A stretch of DNA of 64,000 bases. Source: Balanoglossus misakiensis. Lineage: Eukaryota > Animalia > Hemichordata. Location of the stretch: positions 1,126,925 through 1,190,924 of the forward strand of contig CM082583.2 of the NCBI GenBank assembly GCA_040954595.2, read 5' to 3'. The notes below the pieces were generated by a model. That model saw only the letters and a list, made by a program, of their open reading frames with translations. It searched no databases and had not been told where the DNA came from. The stretch's first letter is position 1. Each line of letters begins with the position of its first letter. Positions 13,201-28,200 of this stretch are shown one piece after another. A program made the translations under genes and the position numbers.

Positions 13201-16200
13201 AGTTGATGAACGGGAATTCATTGTTAGAAATCCCGTGTGGAAAGTATCTCTACCCGTTTGAAACTAAGAAAAGAATTTATTCTGATTTAGTTTGTAAAAA
13301 AGACAATATTTCGAAAAAAAGTCGAAAATGGTAATTTTGTCTTGGGTGATTCAAATTATACCGCCTTTTCTGGAATTTGCAGCACTTTTTACAAGAGAAC
13401 GACACTTCATGCTCCATAATATTTCCGAAAATGAAGAAAAGAGTTAATTTTTTATGAATTATTAAAAATTTACCATTTTTGTCAAAATATGGCCAAAATG
13501 GCTATTTTTTCTTGAATTCCGTCAATATCTCTGCATTTTTGGAGTGGTCGAAAGTTTTAACATACAATCAACATGTCATATATGATCAGGGCACCAAATT
13601 CGAAGAACAAAGGTTTTTTTATTTTTTTTTCTAAAAATGACATTTTCAAGGAAAATTTGGTAAAACGCAATTTTGTCTGCAGTGAGCCAAATTAGACAGT
13701 CTTTTGTGGAATTTGTATCGATAAATACATACGAAGAGCATTCTATACTCCATCAGATTTCCGAAAATGTAGAAAACATGTATTTTTTGTAATTTTCAAA
13801 AATTTACCATTTTGACCAAATTGTGGCTAAAATTGTTATTTTCGTGTTGAATGCCGCCAGTGTCACTGCTTTTAAAAGTCATAAAAACTTTCAACATACA
13901 AGCAATTGTTTATATATGATCAGGTCACCGAATTAAAAAAATAAAGAATGTTTTGCCTAAAAATGACCTTTTGGTGCAAAAACGAATAAAACGCAATTTT
14001 GTATTAAATCAGCTCATTCAGAGTGCATTTTTATAATCAGCACCATTTTTACATATAATGGAAATTTCATACATCATCAGATATCCAAATATGAAAAAAT
14101 GAATTAGATTTAAGATGATTGTCCAAAATTAGCTGATATCTAATAAATGTAGTATTGAACCGTTCTGTTCCCCCCCCCCCCTACATTATATGCGGTACGC
14201 CGATGTCAGCTTACCCGGCAGTACTGCAGGCCATGCCCCCAACTAACGTCGGTGTTTGAAACGCCCTGGTTAAATTCGGGCTTTCTCTATAAATTGACAG
14301 GCAATAATGCAGTCCTACCCGACCAAATGTCGAGTGTTGACCCGCTGTGACTTTCCCTCTTCGGTTTGCCCGACTTCGCCAACGTCTTTGTACTAGAGTG
14401 TCGGGTCTTTTGCAGAGCCAGGCCGAAGGAAATCCGACTTGATCACCGTTGCTAACGAACGCTAGTGTCTGTCATGGTGTGCCGGGGTTTTAGTCGAGCC
14501 AGGCCGTAGGAGATCTGACTTGATCATCGTTGTCAATGTACGCGTGTTTCCGCTCTAAAGCGTCGGGGCTTCAGCTAAACCAGGCCGTAGAAAATCCGAC
14601 GTAATCACCGTTGATAACTTACGCCAGTCTGTGTCATATAGAGCCGGTGCACCAGCCGAGTCACGCCGTAGGAAATCTGACTTGATCAACGTGGTCAATG
14701 TACGCCTGTTTCTGCTCCAGAGTGCCGGGGCTTCAGCTAAGCCAGGCCGTAGGAAACCCGACGTGATTACCGTTGTTAACTTACGCCAGTCTGTGTCCTA
14801 TATATAGTGCCGGGGCATCAGCCAGGACAGGCCGAAGGAAATGTGAGTAGATCAACGTGGTCTCTTTACGCGTGTTTCTGCTCTAGAGTGCCAGGGCTTT
14901 AGCCAAGCCATGCCGTAGGAAATCTGACTTGATCAACGTTGCTAACGAACGCTAGTGTCTGTCATAGTGTGCCGGGGTTTCAGTCGAGCCAAGCCGTAGG
15001 AGATCAGACTTGATCAACGTGGCCAAAATGGCTATTTTTTCTTGAATTCCGTCAATATCTCTGCATTTTTGGAGTGGTCGAAAGTTTTAACATACAATCA
15101 ACATGTCATATATGATCAGGGCACCAAATTCGAAGAACAAAGGTTTTTTTTTTTTTTTTTCTAAAAATGACATTTTCAAGGAAAATTTGGTAAAACGCAA
15201 TTTTGTCTGCAGTGAGCCAAATTAGACGGTCTTTTGTGGAATTTGTATCTATATATACATACGAAGAGCATTCTATACTCCATCAGATTTCCGAAAATGT
15301 AGAAAACATGTATTTTTTGTAATTTTCAAAAATTTACCATTTTGACCAAATTGTGGCTAAAATTGTTATTTTCGTGTTGAATGCCGCCAGTGTCACTGCT
15401 TTTAAAAGTCATAAAAACTTTCAACATACAAGCAATTGTTTATATATGATCAGGTCACCGAATTAAAAAAATAAAGAATGTTTTGCCTAAAATGACCTTT
15501 TTGGTGCAAAAACGAATAAAACGCAATTTTGTATTAAATCAGCTCATTCAGAGTGCATTTTTTATAATCAGCACCATTTTTACATATAATGGAAATTTCA
15601 TACATCATCAGATATCCAAATATGAAAAAATGATTTAGATTTTAGATGATTGTCCAAAATTAGCTGATATTTAATAAATGTAGTATTGAACCGTTCTGTT
15701 CCCCCCCCCCTACATTATATGCGGTACGCCGATGTCAGCTTACCCGGCAGTACTGCAGGCCGTGCCCCCAACTAACGTCGGTGTTTGAAACGCCCTGGTT
15801 AAATTCGGGCTTTCTCTATAAATTGACAGGCAATAATGCAGTCCTACCCGACCAAATGTCGAGTGTTGACCCGCTGTGACTTTCCCTCTTCGGTTTGCCC
15901 GACTTAGCCAACGTCTTTGTACTAATGTGTCGGGTCTTTTGCAGAGCCAGGCCGAAGGAAATCCGACTTGATCACCGTTGCTAACGAACGCTAGTGTCTG
16001 TCATGGTGTGCCGGGGTTTAGTCGAGCCAGGCCGTAGGAGATCTGACTTGATCATCGTGGTCAATGTACGCGTGTTTCCGCTCTAAAGTGCCGGGGCTTC
16101 AGCTAAACCAGGCCGTAGGAAATCCGACGTAATCACCGTTGATAACTTACGCCAGTCTGTGTCATATAGAGCCGGTGCACCAGCCGAGTCACGCCGTAGG

Positions 16201-19200
16201 AAATCTGACTTGATCAACGTGGTCACTGTACGCCTGTTTCTGCTCTAGAGTGCCGGGGCTTCATCTGAGCCAGGCCGTAGGAAACCCGACGTGATTACCG
16301 TTGTTAACTTACGCCAGTCTGTGTCCTATATATAGTGCCTGGGCATCAGCCGTGCCAGGCCGAAGGAAATGTGAGTAGATCAACGTGGTCTCTGTACGCG
16401 TGTTTCTGCTCTAGAGTGCCAGGGCTTTAGCCAAGCCATGCCGTAGGAAATCTGACTTGATCAACGTTGCTAACGAACGCTAGTGTCTGTCATAGTGTGC
16501 CGGGGTTTTAGTCGAGCCAAGCCGTAGGAGATCAGACTTGATCAAGGTGGTCTCTGTACGCGTGTTTCTGCTCTAGAGTGCCGGGGCTTTATCCGAGCTA
16601 TGCCGTAGAAAATCTGACTTGATCACCGTTGCTAACTTACGCTAGTGTCTGTCATATTGTGACGGAGATTTAACCGAGCCAGGCCGTAGAAAAATCGACT
16701 TGTTCAACGTTACCAGTGTGCAACTGTTTCTGCTCTAGAGTGTCAGGGTTTTAGCCGACTTGTGCTGTAGGAACTCTGAGTTGATGAACGGGAATTCAAT
16801 GTTAGAAAACCCGTGTGTAAAGTATCTCTACCCGTTTGAAACTAAGAAAAGAATTTATTCTTATTTATTTTGTAAAACAAGACAATTTTTCGAAAAAAAG
16901 TCGAAAATGGTAATTTTGTCTTGGGTGATTCAAATTATACCGCCTTTTCTGGAATTTGCAGCACTTTTTACAAGAGAACGACACTTCATGCTCCATAATA
17001 TTTCCGAAAATGAAGAAAAGAGTTAATTTTTTATGATTTTTTAAAAAATTACCATTTTTGTCAAAATATGGCCAAAATGGCTATTTTTTCTTGAATTCCG
17101 TCAATATCTCTGCATTTTTGGAGTGGTCCAAAGTTTTAACATACAATCAACATGCCATATATGATCAGGGCACCAAATTCGAAGAACAAAGGTTTTTTTT
17201 TATTTTTTTTTCTAAAAATGACATTTTCAAGGAAAATTTGGTAAAACGCAATTTTGTCTGCAGTGAGCCAAATTGGCCGTTTTTTTTGTGGAATCTGTAT
17301 CGATATATGTATACGAAGAGCATTCTATACTCCATCAGATTTCCGAAAATGTAGAAAACAGGTATTTTTTGTAATTTTCAAAAATTTACCATTTTGACCG
17401 AATTGTGGCTAAAATTGTTATTTTCGTGTTGAATGCCGCCAGTGTCACTGCTTTTAAAAGTCATTAAAACTTTTAACATACAAGCAATTGTTTATATATG
17501 ATCAGGTCACCGAATTTAAAGAATAAAGAATGTTTTCCCTAAAAATGACCTTTTTGGTGCAAAAACGAATAAAACGCAATTTTGTATTAAATCAGCTCAT
17601 TCAGAGTGCATTTTTTATAATCAACACCATTTTTACATATAATGGAAATTTCATACATCATCAGATATCCAAATATGAAAAAATGATTTAGATTTTAGAT
17701 GATTGTCCAAAAGTAGCTGATATCTAATAAATGTAGTATTGAACCGTTCTGTTCCCCCCCCCCCCCTACATTACATGCGGTACGCCGATGTCAGCTTACC
17801 CGTCAGTACTGCAGGCCGTGCCCACAACTAACGTCGGTGTTTGAAACGCCCTGGTTAAATTCGGGCTTTCTCTATAAATTGACAGGCAATAATGTAGTCC
17901 TACCGGAATAAATGTCGAGTGTTGACCCGCTGTGACTTTCCCTCTTCGGTTTGCCCGACTTAGCCAACGTCTTTGTACTAGAGTGTCGGGTCTTTTGCAG
18001 AGCCAGGCCGAAGGAAATCCGACTTGATCACCGTTGCTAACGAACGCTAGTGTCTGTCATGGTGTGCCGGGGTTTTAGTCGAGCCAGGCCGTAGGAGATC
18101 TGACTGGATCATCGTGGTCAATGTACGCGTGTTTCCGCTCTAAAGTGCCGGGGCTTCAGCTAAACCAGGCCGTAGGAAATCCGACGTAATCACCGTTGAT
18201 AACTTACGCCAGTCTGTGTCATATAGAGCCTGTGCACCAGCCGAGTCACGCCGTAGGAATCTGATTTGATCAACGTGGTCAATGTGCGCCTGTTTCTGCT
18301 CTAGAGTGCCGGGCTTCAGCTGAGCCAGGCCGTAGGAAACCCGACGTGATTACCGTTGTTAACTTACGCCAGTCTGTGTCCTATATATAGTGCGGGGCAT
18401 CAGCCGTGCCAGGCCTAAGGAAATGTGAGTAGATCAATGTGGTCTCTGTACGCGTGTTTCTGCTCTAGAATGCCAGGGCTTTAGCAAAGCCATGCCGTAG
18501 GAAATCTGAATTGATCAACGTTGCTAACGAACGCTAGTGTCTGTCATAGTGTGCCGGGGTTTTAGTCGAGCCAAGCCGTAGGAGATCTGACTTGATCATC
18601 GTGGTCAATGTACGCGTGTTTCCGCTCTAAAGTGCCGGGGCTTGAGCTAAACCAGGCCGTAGGAAATCCGACGTAATCACCGTTGATAACTTACGCCAGT
18701 CTGTGTCATATAGAGCCGGTGCACCAGCGGAGTCACGCCGTAGGAATCTGATTTGATCAACGTGGTCAATGTACGCCTGTTTCTGCTCTAGAGTGCCGGG
18801 GCTTCAGCTGAGCCAGGCCGTAGGAAACCCGACGTGATTACCGTTGTTAACTTACGCCAGTCTGTGTCCTATATATACTGCCGGGGCATCAGCCGTGCCA
18901 GGCCGAAGGAAATGTGAGTAGATCAACGTGGTTTCTGTACGCGTGTTTCTGCTCTAGAGTGCCAGGGCTTTAGCCAAGCCATGCAGTAGGAAATCTGACT
19001 TGATCAACGTTGCTAACGAACGCTAGTGTCTGTCATATTGTGACGGAGATTTAGCCGAGCCAGGCCGTAGAAAAATCGACTTGTTCAACGTTACCAGTGT
19101 GCAACTGTTTCTGCTCTAGAGTGTCAGGGTTTTAGCCGACTTATGCTGTAGGAAATCTGAGTTGATGAATGGGAATTCAATGTTTTCAATGTTAAAAAAC

Positions 19201-22200
19201 CTGTGTGGAAAGTGTCTCTACCCTTTTGAAACTAAGGAAAGAATTTATTCTTATTTATTTTGTAAAAATCACAATTTTTCGAAAAAAAGTCGAAAATGGT
19301 AATTTTGTCATGGGTGATTCAAATTATACCGCCTTTTCTGGAATTTGCAGCACTTTTTACAAGAGAACGACACTTCATGCTCCATAATATTTCCGAAAAT
19401 GAAGAAAAGAGTTAATTTTTTATGATTTTTTAAAAATTTACCATTTTTGTTAAAATATGGCCAAAATGGCTATTTTTTCTTGAATTCCGTCAATATCTCT
19501 GCATTTTTGGAGTGGTCGAAAGTTTTAACATACAATCAACATGTCATATATGATCAGGGCACCAAATTCGAAGAACAAAGGTTTTTTTTATTTTTTTTTT
19601 CTAAAAATGACATTTTCAAGGAAAATTTGGTAAAACGCAATTTTGTCTGCAGTGAGCCAAATTGGCCGTTTTTTTTGTGTGTGGAATTTGTATCGATATA
19701 TGTATACGAAGAGCATTCTATACTCCATCAGATTTCCGAAAATGTAGAAAACAGGTATTTTTTGTAATTTTCAAAAATTTACCATTTTGACCGAATTGTG
19801 GCTAAAATTGTTATTTTCGTGTTGAATGCCGCCAGTGTCACTGCTTTTAAAAGTCATTAAAACTTTTAACATACAAGCAATTGTTTATATATGATCAGGT
19901 CACCGAATTTAAAGAATAAAGAATGTTTTCCCTAAAAATGACCTTTTTGGTGCAAAAACGAATAAAACGCAATTTTGTATTAAATCAGCTCATTCAGAGT
20001 GCATTTTTTATAATCAGCACCATTTTTACATATAATGGAAATTTCATACATCACCAGATATCCAAATATGAAAAAATGATTTAGATTTTAGATGATTGTC
20101 CAAAATTAGCTGATATCTAATAAATGTAGTATTGAACCGTTCTGTATCCCCCCCTCCCCTACATTATATGCGGTACGCCGATGTCAGCTTACCCGGCAGT
20201 ACTGCAGGCCGTGCCCCCAACTAACGTCGGTGTTTGAAACGCCCTGGTTAAATTCGGGCTTTCTCTATAAATTGACAGGCAATAATGCAGTCCTACCCGA
20301 ACAAATGTCGAGTGTTGACACGCTGTGACTTTCCCTCTTCGGTTTGCCCGACTTAGCCGACGTCTTTGTACTAGAGTGTCGGGTCTTTTGCAGAGCCAGG
20401 CCGAAGGAAATCCGACTTGATCACCGTTGCTAACGAACGCTAGTGTCTGTCATGGTGTGCCGGGGTTTTAGTCGAGCCAGGCCGTAGGAGATCTGACTTG
20501 ATCATCGTGGTCAATGTACGCGTGTTTCCGCTCTAAAGTGCCGGGGCTTCAGCTAAACCAGGCCGTAGGAAATCCGACGTAATCACCGTTGATAACTTAC
20601 GCCAGTCTGTGTCATATAGAGCCGGTGTACCAGCCGAGTCACGCCGTAGGAAATCTTACTTGATCAACGTGGTCAATGTACGCCTGTTTCTGCTCTAGAG
20701 AGCCGGGGCTTCAGCTGAGCCAGGCCGTAGGAAACCCGACGTGATTACCGTTGTTAACTTACGCCAGTTTGTGTCCTATATATAGTGCCGGGGCATCAGC
20801 CGTGCCAGGCCGAAGGAAATGTGAGTAGATCAACGTGGTCTCTGTACGCGTGTTTCTGCTCTAGAGTGCCAGGGCTTTAGCCAAGCCATGCCGTAGAAAA
20901 TCTGACTTGATCACCGTTGCTAACGAACGCTAGTGTCTGTCATAGTGTGCCGGGGTTTTAGTCGAACCAAGCCGTAGGAGATCAGACTTGATCAACGTGG
21001 TCTCTGTACGCGTGTTTCTGCTCTGGAGTGCCGGGGCTTTATCCAAGCCATGCCGTAGAAAATCTGACTTGATCACCGTTGCCAACCTACGCTAGTGTAT
21101 GTCATATTGTGACGGAGATTTAGCCGAGCCAGGCCGTAGAAAAATCGACTTGTTCAACGTTACCAGTGTGCAACTGTTTCTGTTCTAGAGTGTCAGGGTT
21201 TTAGCCGACTTGTAGGAAATCTGAGTTGATGAACGGGAATTCAATGTTAGAAATCCGTGTGGAAAGTATCTCTACCCGTTTGGAACTAAGAAAAGAATGT
21301 ATTCTTATTTATTTTGTAAAAAAACAATATTTCGAAAAAAAGTCGAAAATGGTAATTTTGTCTTGGGTGTTTCAAATTATACCGCCTTTTCTGGAATTTG
21401 CAGCACTTTTTACAAGAGAACGACACTTCATGCTCTATAATATTTCCGAAAATGAAGAAAAGAGTTAATTTTTTATGATTTTTTAAAAATTTACCATTTT
21501 TGTCAAAATATGGCCAAAATGGCTATTTTTTCTTGAATTCCGTCAATATCTCAGCATTTTTGGAGTGGTCGAAAGTTTTAACATACAATCAACATGTCAT
21601 ATATGATCAGGCACTAAATTCGAAGAACAAAGGTTTTTTATTTTTTTTTCTAAAAATGACATTTTCAAGGAAAATTTGGTAAAACGCAATTTTGTCTGCA
21701 GTGAGCCAAATTAGACGGTCTTTTGTGGATTTTGTATCGATATATACATACGAAGAGTTTTCTATACTCCATCAGATTTCCGAAAATGTAGAAAACAGGT
21801 ATTTTTTGTAATTTTCAAAAATTTACCATTTTGACCGAATTGTGGCTAAAATTGTTATTTTCGTGATGAATGCCGCCAGTGTCACTGCTTTTAAAAGCCA
21901 TAAAAACGTTTAACACACAAGCAATTGTTTATATATGATCAGGTCACCGAATTAAAAATATAAAGAATGTTTTGCCTAAAAATGACCTTTTTGGTGCAAA
22001 AACGAATAAAACGCAATCTTGTATTAAATCAGTTCATTCAGAGTGCATGTTTATAATAAGCACCATTTTTACATATAATGGAAATTTCATACATCATCAG
22101 ATATCCAAATATGAAAAAATGATTTAGATTTTAGATGATTGTCCAAAATTAGCTGATATCTAATAAATGTAGTATTGAACCGTTCTGTCCCCCCCCCCCC

Positions 22201-25200
22201 TTACATTATATGCGGTACGCCGATGTCAGCTTACCCGGCAGTACTGTAGGCCGTGCTCCCAACAAACGTCGGTGTGTGAAACGCCCTGGTTAAATTCGGG
22301 CTCTCTCTATAAATCGACAGGCAATAATGCAGTCCTACCGGAACAAATGTCGAGTGTTGACCCGCTGCGACTTTCCCTCTTCGGTTTGCCCAACTTAGCC
22401 AACGTCTTTGTACTAGAGTGTCGGGTCTTTTGCAGAGCCAGGCCGAAGGAAATCCGACTTGATCACCGTTGCTAACGAACGCTAGTGTCTGTCATGGTGT
22501 GCCGGGGTTTTAGTCGAGCCAGGCCGTAGGAGATCTGACTTGATCATCGTGGTCAATGTACGCGTGTTTCCGCTCTAAAGTGCCGGGGCTTCAGCTAAAC
22601 CAGGCCGTAGGAAATCCGACGTAATCACCGTTGATAACTTACGCCAGTCTGTGTCATATAGAGCCGGTGCACCAGCCGAGTCACGCCGTAGGAAATCTGA
22701 CTTGATCAACGTGGTCAATGTACGCCTGTTTCTGCTCTAGAGTGCCGGGGCTTCAGCTGAGCCAGGCCGTAGGAAACCCGACGTGATTACCGTTGTTAAC
22801 TTACGCCAGTTTGTGTCCTATATATAGTGCCGGGGCATCAGCCGTGCCAGGCCGAAGGAAATGTGAGTAGATCAACGTGGTCTCTGTACGCGTGTTTCTG
22901 CTCTAGAGTGCCAGGGCTTTAGCCAAGCCATGCCGTAGGAAATCTGACTTGATCAACGTTGCTAACGAACGCTAGTGTCTGTCATAGTGTGCCGGGGTTT
23001 TAGTCGAGCCAAGCCGTAGGAGATCAGACTTGATCAACGTGGTCTCTGTACGCGTGTTTCTGCTCTAGAGTGCCGGGGCTTTATCCAACCCATGCCGTAG
23101 AAAATCTGACTTGATCACCGTTGCTAACGTACGCTAGTGTCTGTCATATTGTGACGGAGATTTAGCCGAGCCAGGCCGTAGAAAAATCGACTTGTTCAAC
23201 GTTACCAGTCTGCAACTGTTTCTGCTCTAGAGTGTCAGGGTTTTAGCCGACTTATGCTGTAGGAAATCTGAGTTGATGAACGGGAATTCAATGTTAGAAA
23301 ACCCGTGTGGAAAGTATCTCTACCCGTTTGAAACTAAGAAAAGAATTTATTCTTATTTATTTTGTAAAAAAGACAATTTTTCGAAAAAAAGTCGAAAAAT
23401 TGCAATTTTGTCTTGGGTGATTCAAATTATACCGCCTTTTCTGGAATTTGCAGCACTTTTTACAAGAGAACGACACTTCATGCTCCATAATATTTCCGAA
23501 AATGAAGAAAAGAGTTAATTTTTTATGATTTTTCAAAAATTTACCATTTTTGTCAAAATATGGCCAAAATGGCTATTTTTCTTGAATTCCGTCAATATCT
23601 CAGCATTTTTGGAGTGGTCGAGAGTTTTAACATACAATCAACATGTCATATATGATCAGGGCACCAAATTCGAAGAACAAAGGTTTTTTTTTTTTTTTTC
23701 TAAAAATGACATTTTCAAGGAAAATTTGGTAAAACGCAATTTTGTCTGCAGTGAGCCAAATTAGACGGTCTTTTGTGGAATTTGTATCGATATATACATA
23801 CGAAGAGCATTCTACACTCCATCAGATTTCCGAAAATGTAGAAAACAGGTATTTTTTTGTAAATTTCAAAAATTTACAATTTTGACCAAATTGTGGCTAA
23901 AATTGTTATTTTCGTGATGAATGCCGCCAGTGTCACTGCTTTTAAAAGTCATAAAAACTTTTAACATACAAGCAATTGTTTATATATGATCAGGTCACCG
24001 AATTAAAAAAATAAAGAATGTTTTGCCTAAAATGACCTTTTTGGTGCAAAAACGAATAAAACGCAATCTTGTATTAAATCAGTTCATTCAGAGTGCATGT
24101 TTTATAATAAGCACCATTTTTACATATAATGGAAATTTCATACATCATCAGATATCCAAATATGAAAAAATGATTTAGATTTTAGATGATTGTCCAAAAT
24201 TAGCTGATATCTAATAAATGTAGTATTGAACCGTTCTGCCCCCCCCCCCCTTACATTATATGCGGTACGCCGATGTCAGCTTACCCGGCAGTACTGTAGG
24301 CCGTGCCCCCAACAAACGTCGGTGTTTGAAACGCCCTGGTTAAATTCGGGCTCTCTCTATAAATCGACAGGCAATAATGCAGTCCTACCGGAACAAATGT
24401 CAAGTGTTGAACCGCTGTGACTTTCCCTGTTCGGTTTGCCCGACTTAGCCAACGTCTTTGTACTAGAGTGACGGGTCTTTTGCAGAGCCAGGCCGAAGGA
24501 AATCCGACTTGATCACCGTTGCTAACGAACGCTAGTGTCTGTCATGGTGTGCCGGGGTTTTAGTCGAGCCAGGCCGTAGGAGATCTGACTTGATCATCGT
24601 GGTCAATGTACGCGTGTTTCCGCTCTAAAGTGCCGGGGCTTCAGCTAAACCAGGCCGTAGGAAATCCGACGTAATCACCGTTGATAACTTACGCCAGTCT
24701 GTGTCATATAGAGCCGGTGCACCAGCCGAGTCACGCCGTAGGAAATCTGACTTGATCAACGTGGTCAATGTACGCCTGTTTCTGCTCTAGAGTGCCGGGG
24801 CTTCAGCTGAGCCAGGCCGTAGGAAACCCGACGTGATTACCGTTGTTAACTTACGCCAGTCTGTGTCCTATATATAGTGCCGGGGCATCAGCCGTGCCAG
24901 GCCGAAGGAAATGTGAGAAGATCAACGTGGTCTCTGTACGCGTGTTTCTGCTCTAGAGTGCCAGGGCTTTAGCTAAGCCATGCCGTAGGAAATCTGACTT
25001 GATCAAAGTTGCTAACGAACGCTAGTGTCTGTCATAGTGTGCCGGGGTTTTAGTCGAGCCAAGCCGTAGGAGATCAGACTTGATCAACGTGGTCTCTGTA
25101 CGCGTGTTTCTGCTCTAGAGTGCCGGGGCTTTATCCAAGCCATGCCGTAGAAAATCTGACTTGATCACCGTTGCTAACGTACGCTAGTGTCTGTCATATT

Positions 25201-28200
25201 GTGACGGAGATTTAGCCGAGCCAGGTCGTAGAAAAATCGACTTGTTCAACGTTACCAGTGTGCAACTGTTTCTGCTCTAGAGTGTCAGGGTTTTAGCCGA
25301 CTTATGCTGTAGGAAATCTGAGTTGATGAACGGGAATTCAATGTTAGAAAACCCGTGTGGAAAGTATCTCTACCCGTTTGAAACTATGAACAGAATTTAT
25401 TCTTATTTATTTTGTAAAAAAAGACAATTTTTCGAAAAAAAGTTGAAAATGGCAATTTTGTCTTGGGTGATTCAAATTATACCGCCTTTTCTGGAATTTG
25501 CAGCACTTTTTACAAGAGAACGACACTTCATGCTCCATAATATTTCCGAAAATGAAGAAAAGAGTTAATTTTTTATGATTTTTTAAAAATTTACAATTTT
25601 TGTCAAAATATGGCCAAAATGGCTATTTTTTCTTGAATTCCGTCAATATCTCTGCATTTTTGGAGTGGTCCAAAGTTTTAACATACAATCAACATGTCAT
25701 ATATGATCAGGGCACCAAATTCGAAGAACAAAGGTTTTTTTTTATTTTTTTTTCTAAAAATGACATTTTCAAGGAAAATTTGGTAAAACGCAATTTTGTC
25801 TGCAGTGAGCCAAATTGGCCGTTTTTTTTGTGGAATTTGTATCGATATATGTATACGAAGAGCATTCTATACTCCATTAGATTTCCGAAAATGTAGAAAA
25901 CAGGTATTTTTTGTAATTTTCAAAAATTTACCATTTTGACCGAATTGTGGCTAAAATTGTTATTTTCGTGTTGAATGCCGCCAGTGTCACTGCTTTTAAA
26001 AGTCATTAAAACTTTTAACACACAAGCAATTGTTTATATATGATCAGGTCACCGAATTTAAAGAATAAAGAATGTTTTCCCTAAAAATGACCTTTTTGGT
26101 GCAAAAACGAATAAAACGCAATTTTGTATTAAATCAGTTCATTCAGAGTGCATTTTTTATAATCAGCACCATTTTTACATATAATGGAAATTTCATACAT
26201 CATCAGATATCCAAATATGAAAAAAATGATTTAGATTTTAGATGATTGTCCAAAAGTAGCTGATATCTAATAAATGTAGTATTGAACCGTTCTGTTCCCC
26301 CCCCCCCCTACATTACATGCGGTACGCCGATGTCAGCTTACCCGTCAGTACTGCAGGCCGTGCCCACAACTAACGTCGGTGTTTGAAACGCCCTGGTTAA
26401 ATTCGGGCTTTCTCTATAAATTGACAGGCAATAATGTAGTCCTACCGGAACAAATGTCGAGTGTTGACCCGCTGTGACTTCCCCTCTTCGGTTTGCCCGA
26501 CTTAGCCAACGTCTTTGTACTAGAGTGTCGGGTCTTTTGCAGAGCCAGGCCGAAGGAAATCCGACTTGATCACCGTTGCTAACGAACGCTAGTGTCTGTC
26601 ATGGTGTGCCAGGGTTTTAGTCGAGCCAGGCCGTAGGAGATCTGACTGGATCATCGTGGTCAATGTACGCGTGTTTCCGCTCTAAAGTGCCGGGGCTTCA
26701 GCTAAACCAGGCCGTAGGAAATCCGACGTAATCACCGTTGATAACTTACGCCAGTCTGTGTCATATAGAGCCGGTGCACCAGCCGAGTCACGCCGTAGGA
26801 ATCTGATTTGATCAACGTGGTCAATGTACGCCTGTTTCTGCTCTAGAGTGCCGGGCTTCAGCTGAGCCAGGCCGTAGGAAACCCGACGTGATTACCGTTG
26901 TTAACTTACGCCAGTCTGTGTCCTATATATAGTGCGGGGCATCAGCCGTGCCAGGCCTAAGGAAATGTGAGTAGATCAACGTGGTCTCTGTACGCGTGTT
27001 TCTGCTCTAGAGTGTCAGGGCTTTAGCCAAGCCATGCCGTAGGAAATCTGACTTGATCAACGTTGCTAACGAACGCTAGTGTCTGTCATAGTGTGCCGGG
27101 GTTTTAGTCGAGCCAAGCCGTAGGAGATCAGACTTGATCAACGTGGTCTCTGTACGCGTGTTTCTGCTCTAGAGTGCCGGGGCTTTATCCAACCCATGCC
27201 GTAGAAAATCTGACTTGATCACCGTTGCTAACGTACGCTAGTGTCTGTCATATTGTGACGGAGATTTAGCCGAGCCAGGCCGTAGAAAAATCGACTTGTT
27301 CAACGTTACCAGTGTGCAACTGTTTCTGCTCTAGAGTGTCAGGGTTTTAGCTGACTTATGCTGTAGGAAATCTGAGTTGATGAACGGGAATTCAATGTTA
27401 GAAAACCCGTGTGGAAAGTATCTCTACCCGTTTGAAACTAAGAAAAGAATTTATTCTTATTTATTTTGTAAAAAAGACAATTTTTCGAAAAAAAGTCGAA
27501 AAATTGCAATTTTGTCTTGGGTGATTCAAATTATACCGCCTTTTCTGGAATTTGCAGCACTTTTTACAAGAGAACGACACTTCATGCTCCATAATATTTC
27601 CGAAAATGAAGAAAAGAGTTAATTTTTTATGATTTTTCAAAAATTTACCATTTTTGTCAAAATATGGACAAAATGGCTATTTTTCTTGAATTCCGTCAAT
27701 ATCTCAGCATTTTTGGAGTGGTCGAGAGTTTTAACATACAATCAACATGTCATATATGATCAGGGCACCAAATTCGAAGAACAAAGGTTTTTTTTTTTTT
27801 TTTTCTAAAAATGACATTTTCAAGGAAAATTTGGTAAAACGCAATTTTGTCTGCAGTGAGCCAAATTAGACGGTCTTTTGTGGAATTTGTATCGATATAT
27901 ACATACGAAGAGCATTCTACACTCCATCAGATTTCCGAAAATGTAGAAAACAGGTATTTTTTGTAAATTTCAAAAATTTACCATTTTGACCGAATTGTGG
28001 CTAAAATTGTTATTTTCGTGTTGAATGCCGCCAGTGTCACTGCTTTTAAAAGTCATTAAAACTTTTAACACACAAGCAATTGTTTATATATGATCAGGTC
28101 ACCGAATTTAAAGAATAAAGAATGTTTTCCCTAAAAATGACCTTTTTGGTGCAAAAACGAATAAAACGCAATTTTGTATTAAATCAGTTCATTCAGAGTG

